Notes: a model not told the origin generated them from the sequence alone. A stretch of 64,000 nucleotides of DNA from Nannocystales bacterium (GCA_050633305.1 JBOEGF010000020.1:64312-128311); one strand, 5' to 3'; counted from the first letter of the stretch, positions 29,461 to 39,545 are shown. Numbers and translations: made by a program.

Positions 29461-29646
29461 GGGGCACTCCAGAGTCAGCAAGTTAGTGCGAACCGCACCG
29501 AACTAAAATCTCAGCGCAGTGTCACGCCGTCGTCATCCGTCGCGCTCCTGGGGTCGACGACGGGTCCTCTGGCCGGATTTGCGCTGCTCCAGACTCTTCT
29601 TCGTCTACGTGTCGGTCGAGCACCCAGAAGCGACCTGGGGTGCGGC

Positions 29647-30711
29647 TCAGGGCTCGTATCGGACTCGGTATGGGGCCCAACCTTCAAACGCCAGTGGAGC
29701 GCTCATAAACTCGAGTTCGACGACGCTGCCGACCGGCATCTCCATCGTGGCTTGAAACGTCCTCGACCCGTTGCCGGGGAGCGCCCCGGCGTCGACACGA
29801 CTCACCAACGAGGACACGCCCCCGCCGGGTAACCTTTGCGCGACTTCGAATCGCACCCCCCTGGTGACTTCCTCTGCGAGGTTGTGGATTTCAACGGTGA
29901 TTTCAAGCGGACCCGGAGCTTCAAAGTCGCGCGTGGAGACGACGGTTCTCAAACCGAGGGGCCCGTCGAAGATGAGAGTGTCGTCGCGGTGGACACCATC
30001 ATCGGGTTGGTAGGTCGCTTCGCCGAGCATCAGTGTCCCATCGACGAATAACGGGACCGCCTGAAAGTCAACGAGCGACGCCGAGAACGATCCGCCCTCA
30101 GCCAGGCCGCAATCATTCAGCTCCGAGGTCAGACGAACCGAGGTGTTTTCGCGGATGCTGTAGGACCCCAGATGGGTGCAGCCGCTGCGATAAGCAGCCT
30201 CGAACGCTCCATCGGCGTCGAAGCGTAGGTTCTCCGGGCGGCGGAAGTCATCGAAAGGACTGCTCTTCTTCCACGACGTCTCCGTGAGCGTGCACAGCAG
30301 GGGCGGAGCACTCAACGGTGGCGGTGTGGAGTTGGCAGTTGCCCCCGTCGCCGACCCATACCCGTACTGGGTTCCACCTAGCGTGAGTAGACCGGCATCG
30401 AAGGAAAGCGCGTACGTCGACCCGGAGTCGGTGAACAGCAGTCCATGGCTCCGATCGCCGGTCGCATACCAGCGGCCGCGCACGTCGGCCCCATGCTCGA
30501 AGACTCCGTCCGGCTGGAACCGAAGTAGATTGCATGGGCCGAACAGGTCGCAGTCGTTCCCTTCCCAGTCGTGTCCGACGAGTTCGTCGAGGAGAGACGA
30601 GGTGGCGGGTGGGAGCCCGGTACACGACGATGGGTCTGTGTCCAGACCCGGGAGGGCATCCTCGGCGCATGCTGCGACAAGGATCGCGACCAGTGCCACA
30701 CTCCATCGCAT
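29647..30711 (-). CDS. Hypothetical lipoprotein
   Basis: MRWSVALVAILVAAC lipobox; two similar LRF.xDG.FE beta modules. Confidence 0.8.
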   Translation of the reverse strand: MRWSVALVAILVAACAEDALPGLDTDPSSCTGLPPATSSLLDELVGHDWEGNDCDLFGPCNLLRFQPDGVFEHGADVRGRWYATGDRSHGLLFTDSGSTYALSFDAGLLTLGGTQYGYGSATGATANSTPPPLSAPPLLCTLTETSWKKSSPFDDFRRPENLRFDADGAFEAAYRSGCTHLGSYSIRENTSVRLTSELNDCGLAEGGSFSASLVDFQAVPLFVDGTLMLGEATYQPDDGVHRDDTLIFDGPLGLRTVVSTRDFEAPGPLEITVEIHNLAEEVTRGVRFEVAQRLPGGGVSSLVSRVDAGALPGNGSRTFQATMEMPVGSVVELEFMSAPLAFEGWAPYRVRYEP

Positions 30712-31078
30712 ACGTACAGCCTAGCGTGACTTGTCTGCGCGTCGCTGGCGTCCACCTGTGCGATCCACCCCGCGCGGCAGGCACGGGCTCGTACGCGCCC
30801 GAGCGACCGCTCCTGAGTCCGGAGCAAGGCAGCACTCGAGCAGCGTTCGGCGTGGTCTCATCCGACGGCGAGCTTCAAAGGGAAGCTCGCCTACAATCTG
30901 AACGATGGCGCCCGCGATGTGGTTCGCGCCAAGGTCCTCGAACCAAACAACGCGGCCGGCAAGCTCTGCACCCCACTCTCGAAGCCGTGGTAGACGCGCT
31001 TAGGACTGCCACGAGTGCCAAACGGGTTCAGTCGCTCGAGGACCGCGATTTGGGCAACCCACGTCCGGCGACGCTCCC

Positions 31079-31655
31079 ATGACCATAGCCAACCGCACAT
31101 CCGCCGAGCACTTCGAACGGGCCAAGGCTGTCCTTGCGGGCGAGCCCTACTCCACATCCGACCGCGCCGTACGCAAGGTGGTCCGCAGCGTGGACTCGTT
31201 CGAAGGCTCCAACCTTTGGATCAACCGAGAGGCGTTCGAGATGCGATGGGTCAACGAGAATCGCAAGCGCGCGCACTCGTTTTTCCTCGACCTTGCCCCG
31301 GGTCTCGTCTTGGACCTCATGTCACGGATGGGGGTCTCCGAAATCTCGACGCCCACCGTGGGACACCTCGCTCCCAGCCGAGCGCAGCTTGCGATGCTCG
31401 CCGGGGACGACGTGGACCGCGTCGCCTGGATCATCCGGCCGAATCCCACCCCCTGCGGGACCCGTGTTGGAAGACGGGCCGTGGCAGGTTCCGCAGCCAC
31501 TTCCGCCCTGGAAGGCGCCGGAAGTCGTGTTCGTACCGTTCCAGCCGCCCCTCGTGTGTCCCCACTGCGCGAGACTCAGCGAGTCCTATCGCAAGCTCGA
31601 CGACGGTTCGCTGATTTGCCAGCAGTGTGGGCGCTCGTTCGACCTCGAGCCGTAG
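31079..31655 (+). pseudogene. Frameshifted gene ending in a zinc ribbon
   Basis: N-part in frame from 31079; C-part VCPHC...LICQQCGRSF in the next frame; junction at CCCACCCCC near 31445. Confidence 0.55.
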
Positions 31656-31811
31656 CCAGCCAGGCCCGGCTTCGTTGACGTTTCGCCACTTGGAGTCACC
31701 GAACCCGAGCCGAGCCCGACCCGGGCCAACACACTCAGCGTAAAGCCCGGGACGAAGCCCATCGTTTCGTCCGCACCTGCTTAGCATCCGCAGTGACGCC
31801 TGCTCCCGTGC

Positions 31812-32082
31812 CTACTCGTCGCCGAGAGTTTCGACGTCGCCGAGGTCCTTGTGCCGCCCGCGCGCGCGCCTATTGGCAATCAAGGCCCCGCCACCCGCTC
31901 ACCGGAAACTCGAGCGAGCCACTTGAAACGGTAGCCGTGCCCTCGCTGGCCTCGTCGAACGACACGCCGTCTATGGCGGTGAGGATGTCGATTCGTCGCG
32001 GAGGTAGCCCGAGACATCCGGCGGCCGCGAGCTCCAAGAGCATGTCCCGAAAGTCGTCGAATAGCTCTGGCTCCGCTACCAT
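31812..32082 (-). pseudogene. Nucleotidyltransferase (DUF6036/MNT-like) remnant
   Basis: FDDFRDMLLEL fused to LGLPPRRIDILTAIDGVSFDEA; C-terminal LIANRRA..RHKDLGDVETL in shifted frames; central catalytic part missing. Confidence 0.75.
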
Positions 32083-32097
32083 CGCGCAGACCCGAGT

Positions 32098-32334
32098 CTA
32101 TCGTGTCGCCGCGCGGACGACCCTTCCCGGAGCGTCGCGACGTCGGTAGGACGGCATCGGTTTGCCCGACAGCTCCCAGCCGATCATCGTCGCGATACGT
32201 ACCTGGGCAACCCTCTGCGAGGGTGTCCACGCAACGATCTGCGGCCCTCGCAGCAGCTCCATACCGCCGATTCGACCCACGTAGGAAGCGCGATCCTGCG
32301 CGCGCTGCCTGCGTCCGTTGGAGTCGTCGCTCAC
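32098..32334 (-). CDS. Small upstream partner of the nucleotidyltransferase (antitoxin-like)
   Basis: WTPSQRVA...WELSGKPMPSYRRRDAPGRVVR, directly upstream of the NTase. Confidence 0.55.
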   Translation of the reverse strand: MSDDSNGRRQRAQDRASYVGRIGGMELLRGPQIVAWTPSQRVAQVRIATMIGWELSGKPMPSYRRRDAPGRVVRAATR

Positions 32335-32432
32335 GCAGCCATTGTAGCCTCTCTGGACGCGTACGCACAGGTCGGGCCGCGCGACGATTTCTAGTCTTGA
32401 AAAGCCTTTGAAGTCCAGCAGCTTGCTCCGTC

Positions 32433-32738
32433 ATGCACGTCGTCTTCTGTCGTCCGAGGTGTCGGCAAAAACAAGAGGATGGGTTCGAGCTCGAAGCGGA
32501 TGTGCTCGATGCGATGGGCGTGGAATCGCTTTGGACCGAGATGGAGGCGGTCGAGGATGGACAACTCGACTCAGTCCTCGAGACCGCCTCGGTCGGCGCA
32601 GGCGAAACCCTACTTCGTAGCTGGATGCTTCGCGAAGAGGAGTACGCGGTTGACGTCGGGACAATGGGTGGTGCTCGAAGTCGGCGATGGCTCCGTGTCG
32701 ACGCTGCCTCCCCTGATGGACCCTCGAGGATTCTATGA
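32433..32738 (+). CDS. Small acidic hypothetical protein
   Basis: ATGA overlap with next gene. Confidence 0.45.
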   Translation: MHVVFCRPRCRQKQEDGFELEADVLDAMGVESLWTEMEAVEDGQLDSVLETASVGAGETLLRSWMLREEEYAVDVGTMGGARSRRWLRVDAASPDGPSRIL

Positions 32739-33649
32739 GCAACTCCTCGGCTCGAACGGAGGGCGGTGAAGGAATGGCTGTCTTTCACCCGAACCAGCGC
32801 CTTCGAGGGGCATCAGCGACGGACCTCGAGCGCGTGTCCACGTCGTACTGGCACGCCAGCCACCCGCGGCACCTCCACCAAGACGATCCTGCGTCCGGTT
32901 CTCCTCGCCGGGCTCCTCCGCCCGGAACAGACCGCGACCGGCCGTGGTTCCGCCCACGCATGGACTTCCGACCGCGTCGACTCGACCCCTTCGACGCTTC
33001 ACTGATGGTCTGCGTCGTCGCGGTAGCGGTCTTCGGCCTGCTCGTCGCAGCGGTCGTGGGCATCGAGGCCCTCCACCGGGCGTACCTGGTATGGCCGCTC
33101 TTCCTGGCCCTCTCGGCCGTGGGCTGGGCCACGATCGACAGCTGGGCGCCGACCGACGCCCCCGCGCTCCGCATGGCCGCGGCGCTGCTCGGCTTCGTCA
33201 CCATCGAGGCGCTCGCGGTCGCGCCCGTGGTCGACGCCGCGTGGGACGTAGCGGGCCCGTGCTCGGTAATCGGGGCCGGCATCGCGACCGGCATGCTCTT
33301 CGCAGGCCTCGTCACCCGTGCGCTGCTCAAGCCAGCCACAGAGCTGGAGGTCGTCGACCTTCTCGTCGCCCCGGGGCTAGTCATGGCCGCGACGTTCCTC
33401 GCGGCTCTCGCTGTCGGTCTACCGCTCCGCCTCGCACCCATGTCTGGGCTCATTGGGCTGAGCGGGCTGCTCGCGCTGGGCGAGATCGGCCGCGTCTTCT
33501 CCTACGTACGAGCAGGGCAGGGGTGGGCCGGCGGCGCGCGACTCTTCGCCTGCGTGACCCTTCTGTTCGCCGAACTCGTCGTCCACTTCGGGACCGTCGT
33601 CCGCGGCGACGCGTTCTTCGAAGCGCTCTGGACCAGTCTCGGAGCCTGA
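32735..33649 (+). CDS. 7-TM membrane protein, possibly Bax inhibitor-1/YccA-like
   Basis: Soluble N-terminus, then seven hydrophobic segments (GFVTIEALAVAP, AGIATGMLFAGL). Confidence 0.6.
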   Translation: MSNSSARTEGGEGMAVFHPNQRLRGASATDLERVSTSYWHASHPRHLHQDDPASGSPRRAPPPGTDRDRPWFRPRMDFRPRRLDPFDASLMVCVVAVAVFGLLVAAVVGIEALHRAYLVWPLFLALSAVGWATIDSWAPTDAPALRMAAALLGFVTIEALAVAPVVDAAWDVAGPCSVIGAGIATGMLFAGLVTRALLKPATELEVVDLLVAPGLVMAATFLAALAVGLPLRLAPMSGLIGLSGLLALGEIGRVFSYVRAGQGWAGGARLFACVTLLFAELVVHFGTVVRGDAFFEALWTSLGA

Positions 33650-33849
33650 CGCGAATCGACTTGGCGCCTGGATCATCCCCGCGACCGACAGGATCGGCCC
33701 ATCCGTGCGCTCGTCCCCAGCCGAACGTGTCCTCGGACCTCGAGTGCAAGCCAGTCACTGCGCTTCGCGGAGGGATGCGAACTCGGCCAGGAAGGGGGGG
33801 CGGTGCCACGTTGGTGGCCGGCAGTCTGACGCTGCCGCCTGGGGCTCCG

Positions 33850-34524
33850 TCACTTCGCCACATCGGGCGGACGATTCCTGCCCAGCCGAAGAGTGAAGAC
33901 GCCATCCTCGAAACGGTCCGCCACCTCCCGCGGCACCGGACCGATCTGTGCCAGGCCCTCAATACAGTCCAAGAGTTCGACCGACCTCGAATGGCTCTCC
34001 TCGCGGTACCGAACCTCGGTGATCTTGGCCTCGTTTCCTTTCGGTTCGACGATGAAGTCCAAGGCGACGCCTTCGGGGACAGGCTCGGATGACTCGCTCT
34101 GCTCGACACACAGGCCGACAAGCATCGTCATGTCTTCTTCGACCGCCTCGAGAACCTTCTCCCACGGAAGTTCCAGCAGCCTCAGCTGCGACTGCAGCAA
34201 CTCGACCTCGTCTCCCGTCTCGTCACCACCGTCGTGCGCCTCTTCCCGACTGACCTCTGCCCGCTGTCCCCGGTGCTCCTGCGGCACCGAAGGTCCGCGC
34301 TCCGACGCTCCGCGGGCGCGCTGCTTCTTTCTCGGTTTGCGCACTACGGGGTCGGGCACAGCGACTTCGACGGCCGGTGATTCCTGTTGCCGTCCCGTTC
34401 TCGAATACAGCCACACCCCGACGCAGACCACGAACACCACACCGACCACGAGGGCGGCCAGCCAGCCCCCGGGCCTTTGCCACCGAACTCCTTTCGGCTG
34501 CGGCTCTCGATTCACGATGGCCAT
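33850..34524 (-). CDS. Single-TM hypothetical protein
   Basis: TM followed by linker and a Cys-pair C-terminal domain. Confidence 0.65.
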   Translation of the reverse strand: MAIVNREPQPKGVRWQRPGGWLAALVVGVVFVVCVGVWLYSRTGRQQESPAVEVAVPDPVVRKPRKKQRARGASERGPSVPQEHRGQRAEVSREEAHDGGDETGDEVELLQSQLRLLELPWEKVLEAVEEDMTMLVGLCVEQSESSEPVPEGVALDFIVEPKGNEAKITEVRYREESHSRSVELLDCIEGLAQIGPVPREVADRFEDGVFTLRLGRNRPPDVAK

Positions 34525-34529
34525 TGGGT

Positions 34530-34690
34530 ACGCCCCTTAGCGCTGCGCGTCTTCGACAACGAACGCGGGGGTCGATGTTGAACCTAATGCTCGAAGCGGT
34601 CCACCTCTACCGTGCGCCCCAGCGGCTGTACCTCGACAACGGGAGCACCTACCGGGGTGAAGCTCTGGAAACCGCGTGCGGTCGGTGGCG
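34530..34690 (+). mobile_element. DDE (rve, IS481-like) transposase fragment
   Basis: MLNLMLEAVHLYRAPQRLYLDNGSTYRGEALETACGR integrase-core segment. Confidence 0.7.
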
Positions 34691-34860
34691 TTGCCCACCA
34701 CCTACGTGCGGCGCCATCGAATCCGGACGGAAAGCCCGGCCGCTCCGGCGAGCTAGCCTGTCACTTTTTGTGCCGAATCTTGGGGCGGGTCAGACCCACG
34801 CCAAGAGTGGTGCGTGTACTGCCACGGCTGGCCGCGTTTTGCCGCGCCCACCGGAGTCTC

Positions 34861-36321
34861 ATGCCCCGATTCGGAATCGCGATCGCCCTGTTGTGTCTAA
34901 CGTCTGTTGGCTGCTCGAAAGCCACGAACACTGCGACTACCCCCCCTGACGTGCCCCAGACCCTGAGGGCCCAGCCGTTGGCGGTGGCGACGAACGAGGC
35001 GCCCACCGCGGTCGCACCCGATCAGGCCCAGGACCCCAACCGCCCTTGGCTCAGCGCTGCCACGGCGAGCGACTACATGCTGATCGGCCAGACGGACCAG
35101 ACGTTCGGCGTGTGGGTCGACATCCCGCAGGCGTTCGGTGGCCACGTGCCCACCGCGCTCACGCTTGCCATCGACACGTCTGGCTCGATGCGGGGCGACA
35201 ACATCAAGCACGCGCGCGAAGCCGCTGGGCGTCTGATCGACGAGTTGGAGGACGGAGACATCGTGTCGCTGGTCACCTTCTCCGGCGAGGGGCGAGTGCT
35301 GATGCCACCCACGGCCCTCGACGCCCAACGCCGCCGCAGCCTTCACAACATCATCGAGGAGTTGAGCGCCGATGGCGGAACCGCGATGCATGATGGCCTC
35401 AAACTCGCCGAGTCGCAGCTGTGGGACACGCCCGACACGCACCTCGTCCGGCGTCTTGTCGTGGTCTCGGACGGCAAGGCAACCGTCGGCCCCATTTCGC
35501 CGCAGGAGCTTGGTCGGATCGCCGAGGTGGGTCTGCGAAGATCTGTCCAGGTCACGGCGCTCGGGGTTGGGCTGGACTACGACGAACTCACCCTCAACGA
35601 GCTCGCCCAGCGCTCGAACGGCCGCCTGTATCACGTCGAGAAGAGCGCGCAGCTACCGGGGATCATCGAAGATGAGATCGCATTGCTGGAGTCCACGGCC
35701 GCCGCGGGTGTCGAGGTCGAGCTGGTCGCCGCACCAGGAGTCGAGATCACGGGCACAGCCGTCGCTCGAAGCGCGCGATCGAGCGAGGGGATCCGCGTCC
35801 CGCTCGGCACCATGTTCGGTGGCCAGACGCGCGAGCTTCTCGTGCGCGCCCGCGTCCACGGGGATGGGACCGAGGGCCCGATGGTCCTTGCGTCGGTGCG
35901 ACTGCACTACCGCGATCCCGCCGATGGGGGCGTGAAGCGAGTGCAGGAGACGGTCCTGCGCGCAACCGTGACGGACGACCCGGGCCTCGTTGCCGAGCAC
36001 GCCCACAGTGGCCTGCAGACCTTGGTCGCCGTGCGTGACGCGTCGACGTGGGCGCAGCAGGCCTCGGCGGATCTCAACAGTGGCGACCTCGATGCCGCGG
36101 AGGTCCAACTCGCACGCGCCGAAGAAACCCTGCGGGTGCAGCATCGCCAAGCCAAGTCCAAGGGCGAGAAGGAACGGACCCGACGCTCGGCGGACAAGAT
36201 CGCCAAACAGCGCAGTGGCATCAAGAAAGCGAGGAAGAAGAAGCCCGCCGCACGGGCGAAGGCGAGTCGTAGCATCTCGCTCGAGGCCAACGACGACGCG
36301 ATGAACGCGTTTGGGTACTAA
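34861..36321 (+). CDS. VWA-domain lipoprotein (YfbK-like)
   Basis: Lipobox SVGC; MIDAS DTSGSM, GGTAMHDGL, VSDGKAT, GVGLDYDE. Confidence 0.92.
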   Translation: MPRFGIAIALLCLTSVGCSKATNTATTPPDVPQTLRAQPLAVATNEAPTAVAPDQAQDPNRPWLSAATASDYMLIGQTDQTFGVWVDIPQAFGGHVPTALTLAIDTSGSMRGDNIKHAREAAGRLIDELEDGDIVSLVTFSGEGRVLMPPTALDAQRRRSLHNIIEELSADGGTAMHDGLKLAESQLWDTPDTHLVRRLVVVSDGKATVGPISPQELGRIAEVGLRRSVQVTALGVGLDYDELTLNELAQRSNGRLYHVEKSAQLPGIIEDEIALLESTAAAGVEVELVAAPGVEITGTAVARSARSSEGIRVPLGTMFGGQTRELLVRARVHGDGTEGPMVLASVRLHYRDPADGGVKRVQETVLRATVTDDPGLVAEHAHSGLQTLVAVRDASTWAQQASADLNSGDLDAAEVQLARAEETLRVQHRQAKSKGEKERTRRSADKIAKQRSGIKKARKKKPAARAKASRSISLEANDDAMNAFGY

Positions 36322-36544
36322 GAGAGGAAACCAGTCTGGAAGTCTTGTAGAAAGCTTTCTAGCCACGCGTGCCGGGTCCGTCTCTGCCACGGACCAAACG
36401 TCGTGACACGTCGTCCGCACCTGTCCGTCGCGGACGTAGACCCTGTACCTGGGGGCCGTAGCAGAAGCGTTCCCGGCCCTCCTGAACCAACGCGAACGGA
36501 CGAGCCGAGGCTCGCCTTCTGCGGATTCAAGCTTCTCCCCTGAC

Positions 36545-37531
36545 CTACGCGGCCAGGAGTAGGTCCAATGGGATCGGCTCGGTCTTCACCTTGTGGCACA
36601 GCCGCATCCGAACCGTGCCCGCCGGAAACACCACATCACGCACCCCCGCGTTCCAACGGGCGAGCGCAAGCCTGTAGTCCCGCAAGAACCGCCGCCGTAG
36701 CCGCTTCATCCCGCTTCGCTGCTCTGGAGTCTGTGTCGAAAACGTCGGCTGTCGGCCAAACAGCTCCTCTTCCTTCACCGGGACAGTCGACCAAGGGATG
36801 CTCCGGGCGGCCTTCATTCCGAGCACCGGCTTCCCTCCGCGCTCGACTCGAATCTTGGCCTCGCGCACCGCCAACCTCTCGCGAATCTTCGCGCGGAGCT
36901 CCTCATCGCTCAGCTCAGGTAGGATCCTCGGCCGGTCGAGCATGAGCACAGCCGTCTCAGGCACCGTCGAGCGGTCGGCAAAGGCGGCCCGACCAGAACG
37001 CTGCGAACTCCGGCGGTGTTTGTGCCGTTGTTTCTTCGACCAGATCCCGATGCGCGGCTTCGCGATGATGTACTCCTTGCCGTACGGCATACGCAGCGAG
37101 TTGAAGCCCTTCCAGTGGGCAGTCTTGTGGACGACACCGGCCGCCACCGCGTTGGCGAGGGTGTAGATGCAGTGCTCGAGGACCTTCTCGTCGCCGAGCA
37201 CGGTCTGGATCCCGGGACCATCAGCGAAGAACTTCCCGCTCTCGCCGCGGATCGAGTTCAGCGCACGCGCGACGAGGGCGTTGAAATCCTGAAGGAATTT
37301 GCAGACTCGTCCGAACCGGTCGTAGAGCACGATGTGGTAGTGAGTCGAGAGGAACTCGAACTCGTAGAACTCCATGCCCCACTCCTCCCTGTACCTCGAG
37401 GACACGACCGCGAAGGCAAACCGGATGACCTCGTTGACACGTTTTTTTGGGACCAACCGGTAGCTCCGGTGAACCGCGCGAACGGTGACGTACAGCGTGG
37501 TGTCAGGATAGAGGTTTCGAGGCATCGACAT
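36545..37531 (-). CDS. HUH/Y1 transposase (IS200-like, REP-associated RAYT-like), intact
   Basis: VTVRAVHR, LSTHYHIV (HUH), YTLANAVAAGVV (cf. Y..NPV.AG), HWKGFNS, C-terminal VVFPAGT. Confidence 0.88.
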   Translation of the reverse strand: MSMPRNLYPDTTLYVTVRAVHRSYRLVPKKRVNEVIRFAFAVVSSRYREEWGMEFYEFEFLSTHYHIVLYDRFGRVCKFLQDFNALVARALNSIRGESGKFFADGPGIQTVLGDEKVLEHCIYTLANAVAAGVVHKTAHWKGFNSLRMPYGKEYIIAKPRIGIWSKKQRHKHRRSSQRSGRAAFADRSTVPETAVLMLDRPRILPELSDEELRAKIRERLAVREAKIRVERGGKPVLGMKAARSIPWSTVPVKEEELFGRQPTFSTQTPEQRSGMKRLRRRFLRDYRLALARWNAGVRDVVFPAGTVRMRLCHKVKTEPIPLDLLLAA

Positions 37532-37611
37532 TGCCCAACAGCTGTCGACCACGGCTCGCGTTCGTTGCACGAAACACGTCTTCCAGACAGGTTCTGCCTC
37601 TTCCCCCCCCC

Positions 37612-38988
37612 TCAACCGCCACGACGGGGCGGTACGGCGGTCGACGCTTCGAGCAGGAACGAGTATGCCGAGGCGCTGGTCCCCATCGTGGCCCAGTACA
37701 TCTCGTGTTTCTCACCGACATACGTCCAGTCCCCATAAGCCCAGCCTCCCGGAGAGAAGCCGTCTAGAGTGTTCGGGTCGCTCGCGAACATGACGTTCAT
37801 CGCGGACTGGGGAATGTCTTTGAGGGTCGAGGAGTCGGCGAACTTGCTGACCGACAGCCCGTCCTCCTTGTTTTCATTGGTGACCCAGGTCATCTGAATA
37901 CGGCCGCACCGGTTGGTGAATCTTACGCCAAACCCACCAAGCAGATCCTCGTTCTCGATATCGGGGACGTAGACACGGTTGACCGTGGCCACGCCTTCGG
38001 CGACAGCTGCCACCGCCGCACCGACAGGGGTCGCCGTGGCTGCCCCGATCGCCGCGATTGCGTCCATCGCAATGATAACGCCGTTCTTAATCTTCTTGAG
38101 TTCCTCCATGTCGTTCTCCATCGCGAGGACGCCGAGCGTCATCGACTGGCCGTGGCGCAGGCGTCCGGCCCAGAGAATGGGAGGGTTCTGGGAGACCCCG
38201 TCGTCGTTCTTCCAGTCGAACGGACCGTAGGTGTTGGGCGCAACGACGCTATAGTACTTTCCGCCACCGGGCACATCGACGGGCTGGGTTCCGCCACGTG
38301 CCCCGCTCAATAGGACGTGGAACCACAACTCGTCCGCTCCTTCGTACTTCGTGTTGGTGCTGGCGTATACGTGTACCTTCGGGACACGCAGCATCACGAC
38401 ACGTTCGTACCCGTGTTTGGCGGCCGAGCAGGTAAAGGGGTTTTCTGACGCAAGACCGTTCCCCGCAGACTTGGGCCGGTGGACCAGCGTTGCAACCCGC
38501 GAGACGTGGCTCGAGGATGCGTTCTCGCCCGAGTACGAGTGGACTTGGAGCGTGTAGGTCTGCTCGGTGCTGCTGTTGTTCCACGCCGGTAGGAAGTCGC
38601 GCAGCGGCACGCTGAAGCGCTTGGTGCCGTCCTTCTTGGTCAGCGGTGAGAGCGTTCCGCTCGCGATGGGATGTTTCTCCCCCTTCCTGAGCAACGTCCA
38701 CTCGGCAGCGGATACCGCGTACGCGTTGTCGAACCACTTCCCCTCGATTTCGGGCGGCGTCTCCGAGAATTCGAACTTGCGCATCCACTCGTCGAACTCG
38801 AAGCCGGTGTGCGGGTCGACGTGAACCTTGCCGTTGATCAGCTTCTTCGCGTGGCGTGGGACCTTTCGGGGGCCGCGTTTGGCTCGTCGACTGCGGACAG
38901 ATGGGGCAGCTTCAACCCCGCTGGGAACCGCGACCAGAGCGCTGAGAGCAAGGAAACAGGAGAGCCGGACTGAGGCACGGGTGTACAT
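37612..38988 (-). CDS. Secreted hypothetical protein
   Basis: Signal peptide ending VEA; internal hydrophobic hairpin AIAAIGAATATPVGAAVAAVA. Confidence 0.75.
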   Translation of the reverse strand: MYTRASVRLSCFLALSALVAVPSGVEAAPSVRSRRAKRGPRKVPRHAKKLINGKVHVDPHTGFEFDEWMRKFEFSETPPEIEGKWFDNAYAVSAAEWTLLRKGEKHPIASGTLSPLTKKDGTKRFSVPLRDFLPAWNNSSTEQTYTLQVHSYSGENASSSHVSRVATLVHRPKSAGNGLASENPFTCSAAKHGYERVVMLRVPKVHVYASTNTKYEGADELWFHVLLSGARGGTQPVDVPGGGKYYSVVAPNTYGPFDWKNDDGVSQNPPILWAGRLRHGQSMTLGVLAMENDMEELKKIKNGVIIAMDAIAAIGAATATPVGAAVAAVAEGVATVNRVYVPDIENEDLLGGFGVRFTNRCGRIQMTWVTNENKEDGLSVSKFADSSTLKDIPQSAMNVMFASDPNTLDGFSPGGWAYGDWTYVGEKHEMYWATMGTSASAYSFLLEASTAVPPRRGG

Positions 38989-39135
38989 GCCGGGTTGACG
39001 CGCGCGCCCGGAGCTTGTGACACGCACAGCGTGTATTTCCCTGATCGCGTTGGCGTCGGGACGGCGTGCGCCCCACAGTGCGGTGTACGACGTCATTCCA
39101 GCAACTGCTACGGAAATGCCGTGGTCGATATCTTC

Positions 39136-39545
39136 AGTGGAGAAAAGCCGATGCACAGGAGTACGGCTTCCCGCCGCCGAAGGGGGGTGACGGCGCAGGA
39201 GCGGAGCGGCCGAGCGTGGACAGGGGTCGGAGCGAAGGCGTGGCTGCGAAAAACTGGGCCCGAAGCGAGCGCCGAGCCCCGAGGGCCCAAACTGCACGCA
39301 GGCCGAGACGACCCCGGTGCGAAGCCCCGTCCTTCCTATGCCCGAAGCACTCAGCGCCTGGCCGAGAACAGCTGGAGTTGTCCGCACACCGGCCCACGCC
39401 GCGGTCGCCGAGCACCGTGAAGCTCGGCGGCGATGTCCTGCGGCGTGGTGACGGCTCGAGTCCCACGCATCGGCCCAGGACAGCGGACGCACACGGAGAT
39501 GTCGATGCGGAAGACGCGGGCCAGCAGCGTTATCCACGGCGGCCC
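39136..39545 (-). mobile_element. IS91-family remnant A (transposase C-terminus plus 3' end)
   Basis: Translates PWITLLARVFRIDISVCVRCPGPMR...IAAELHGAR...GQLQLF; shares DNA with 41148, 43350 and 45376 copies. Confidence 0.75.
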
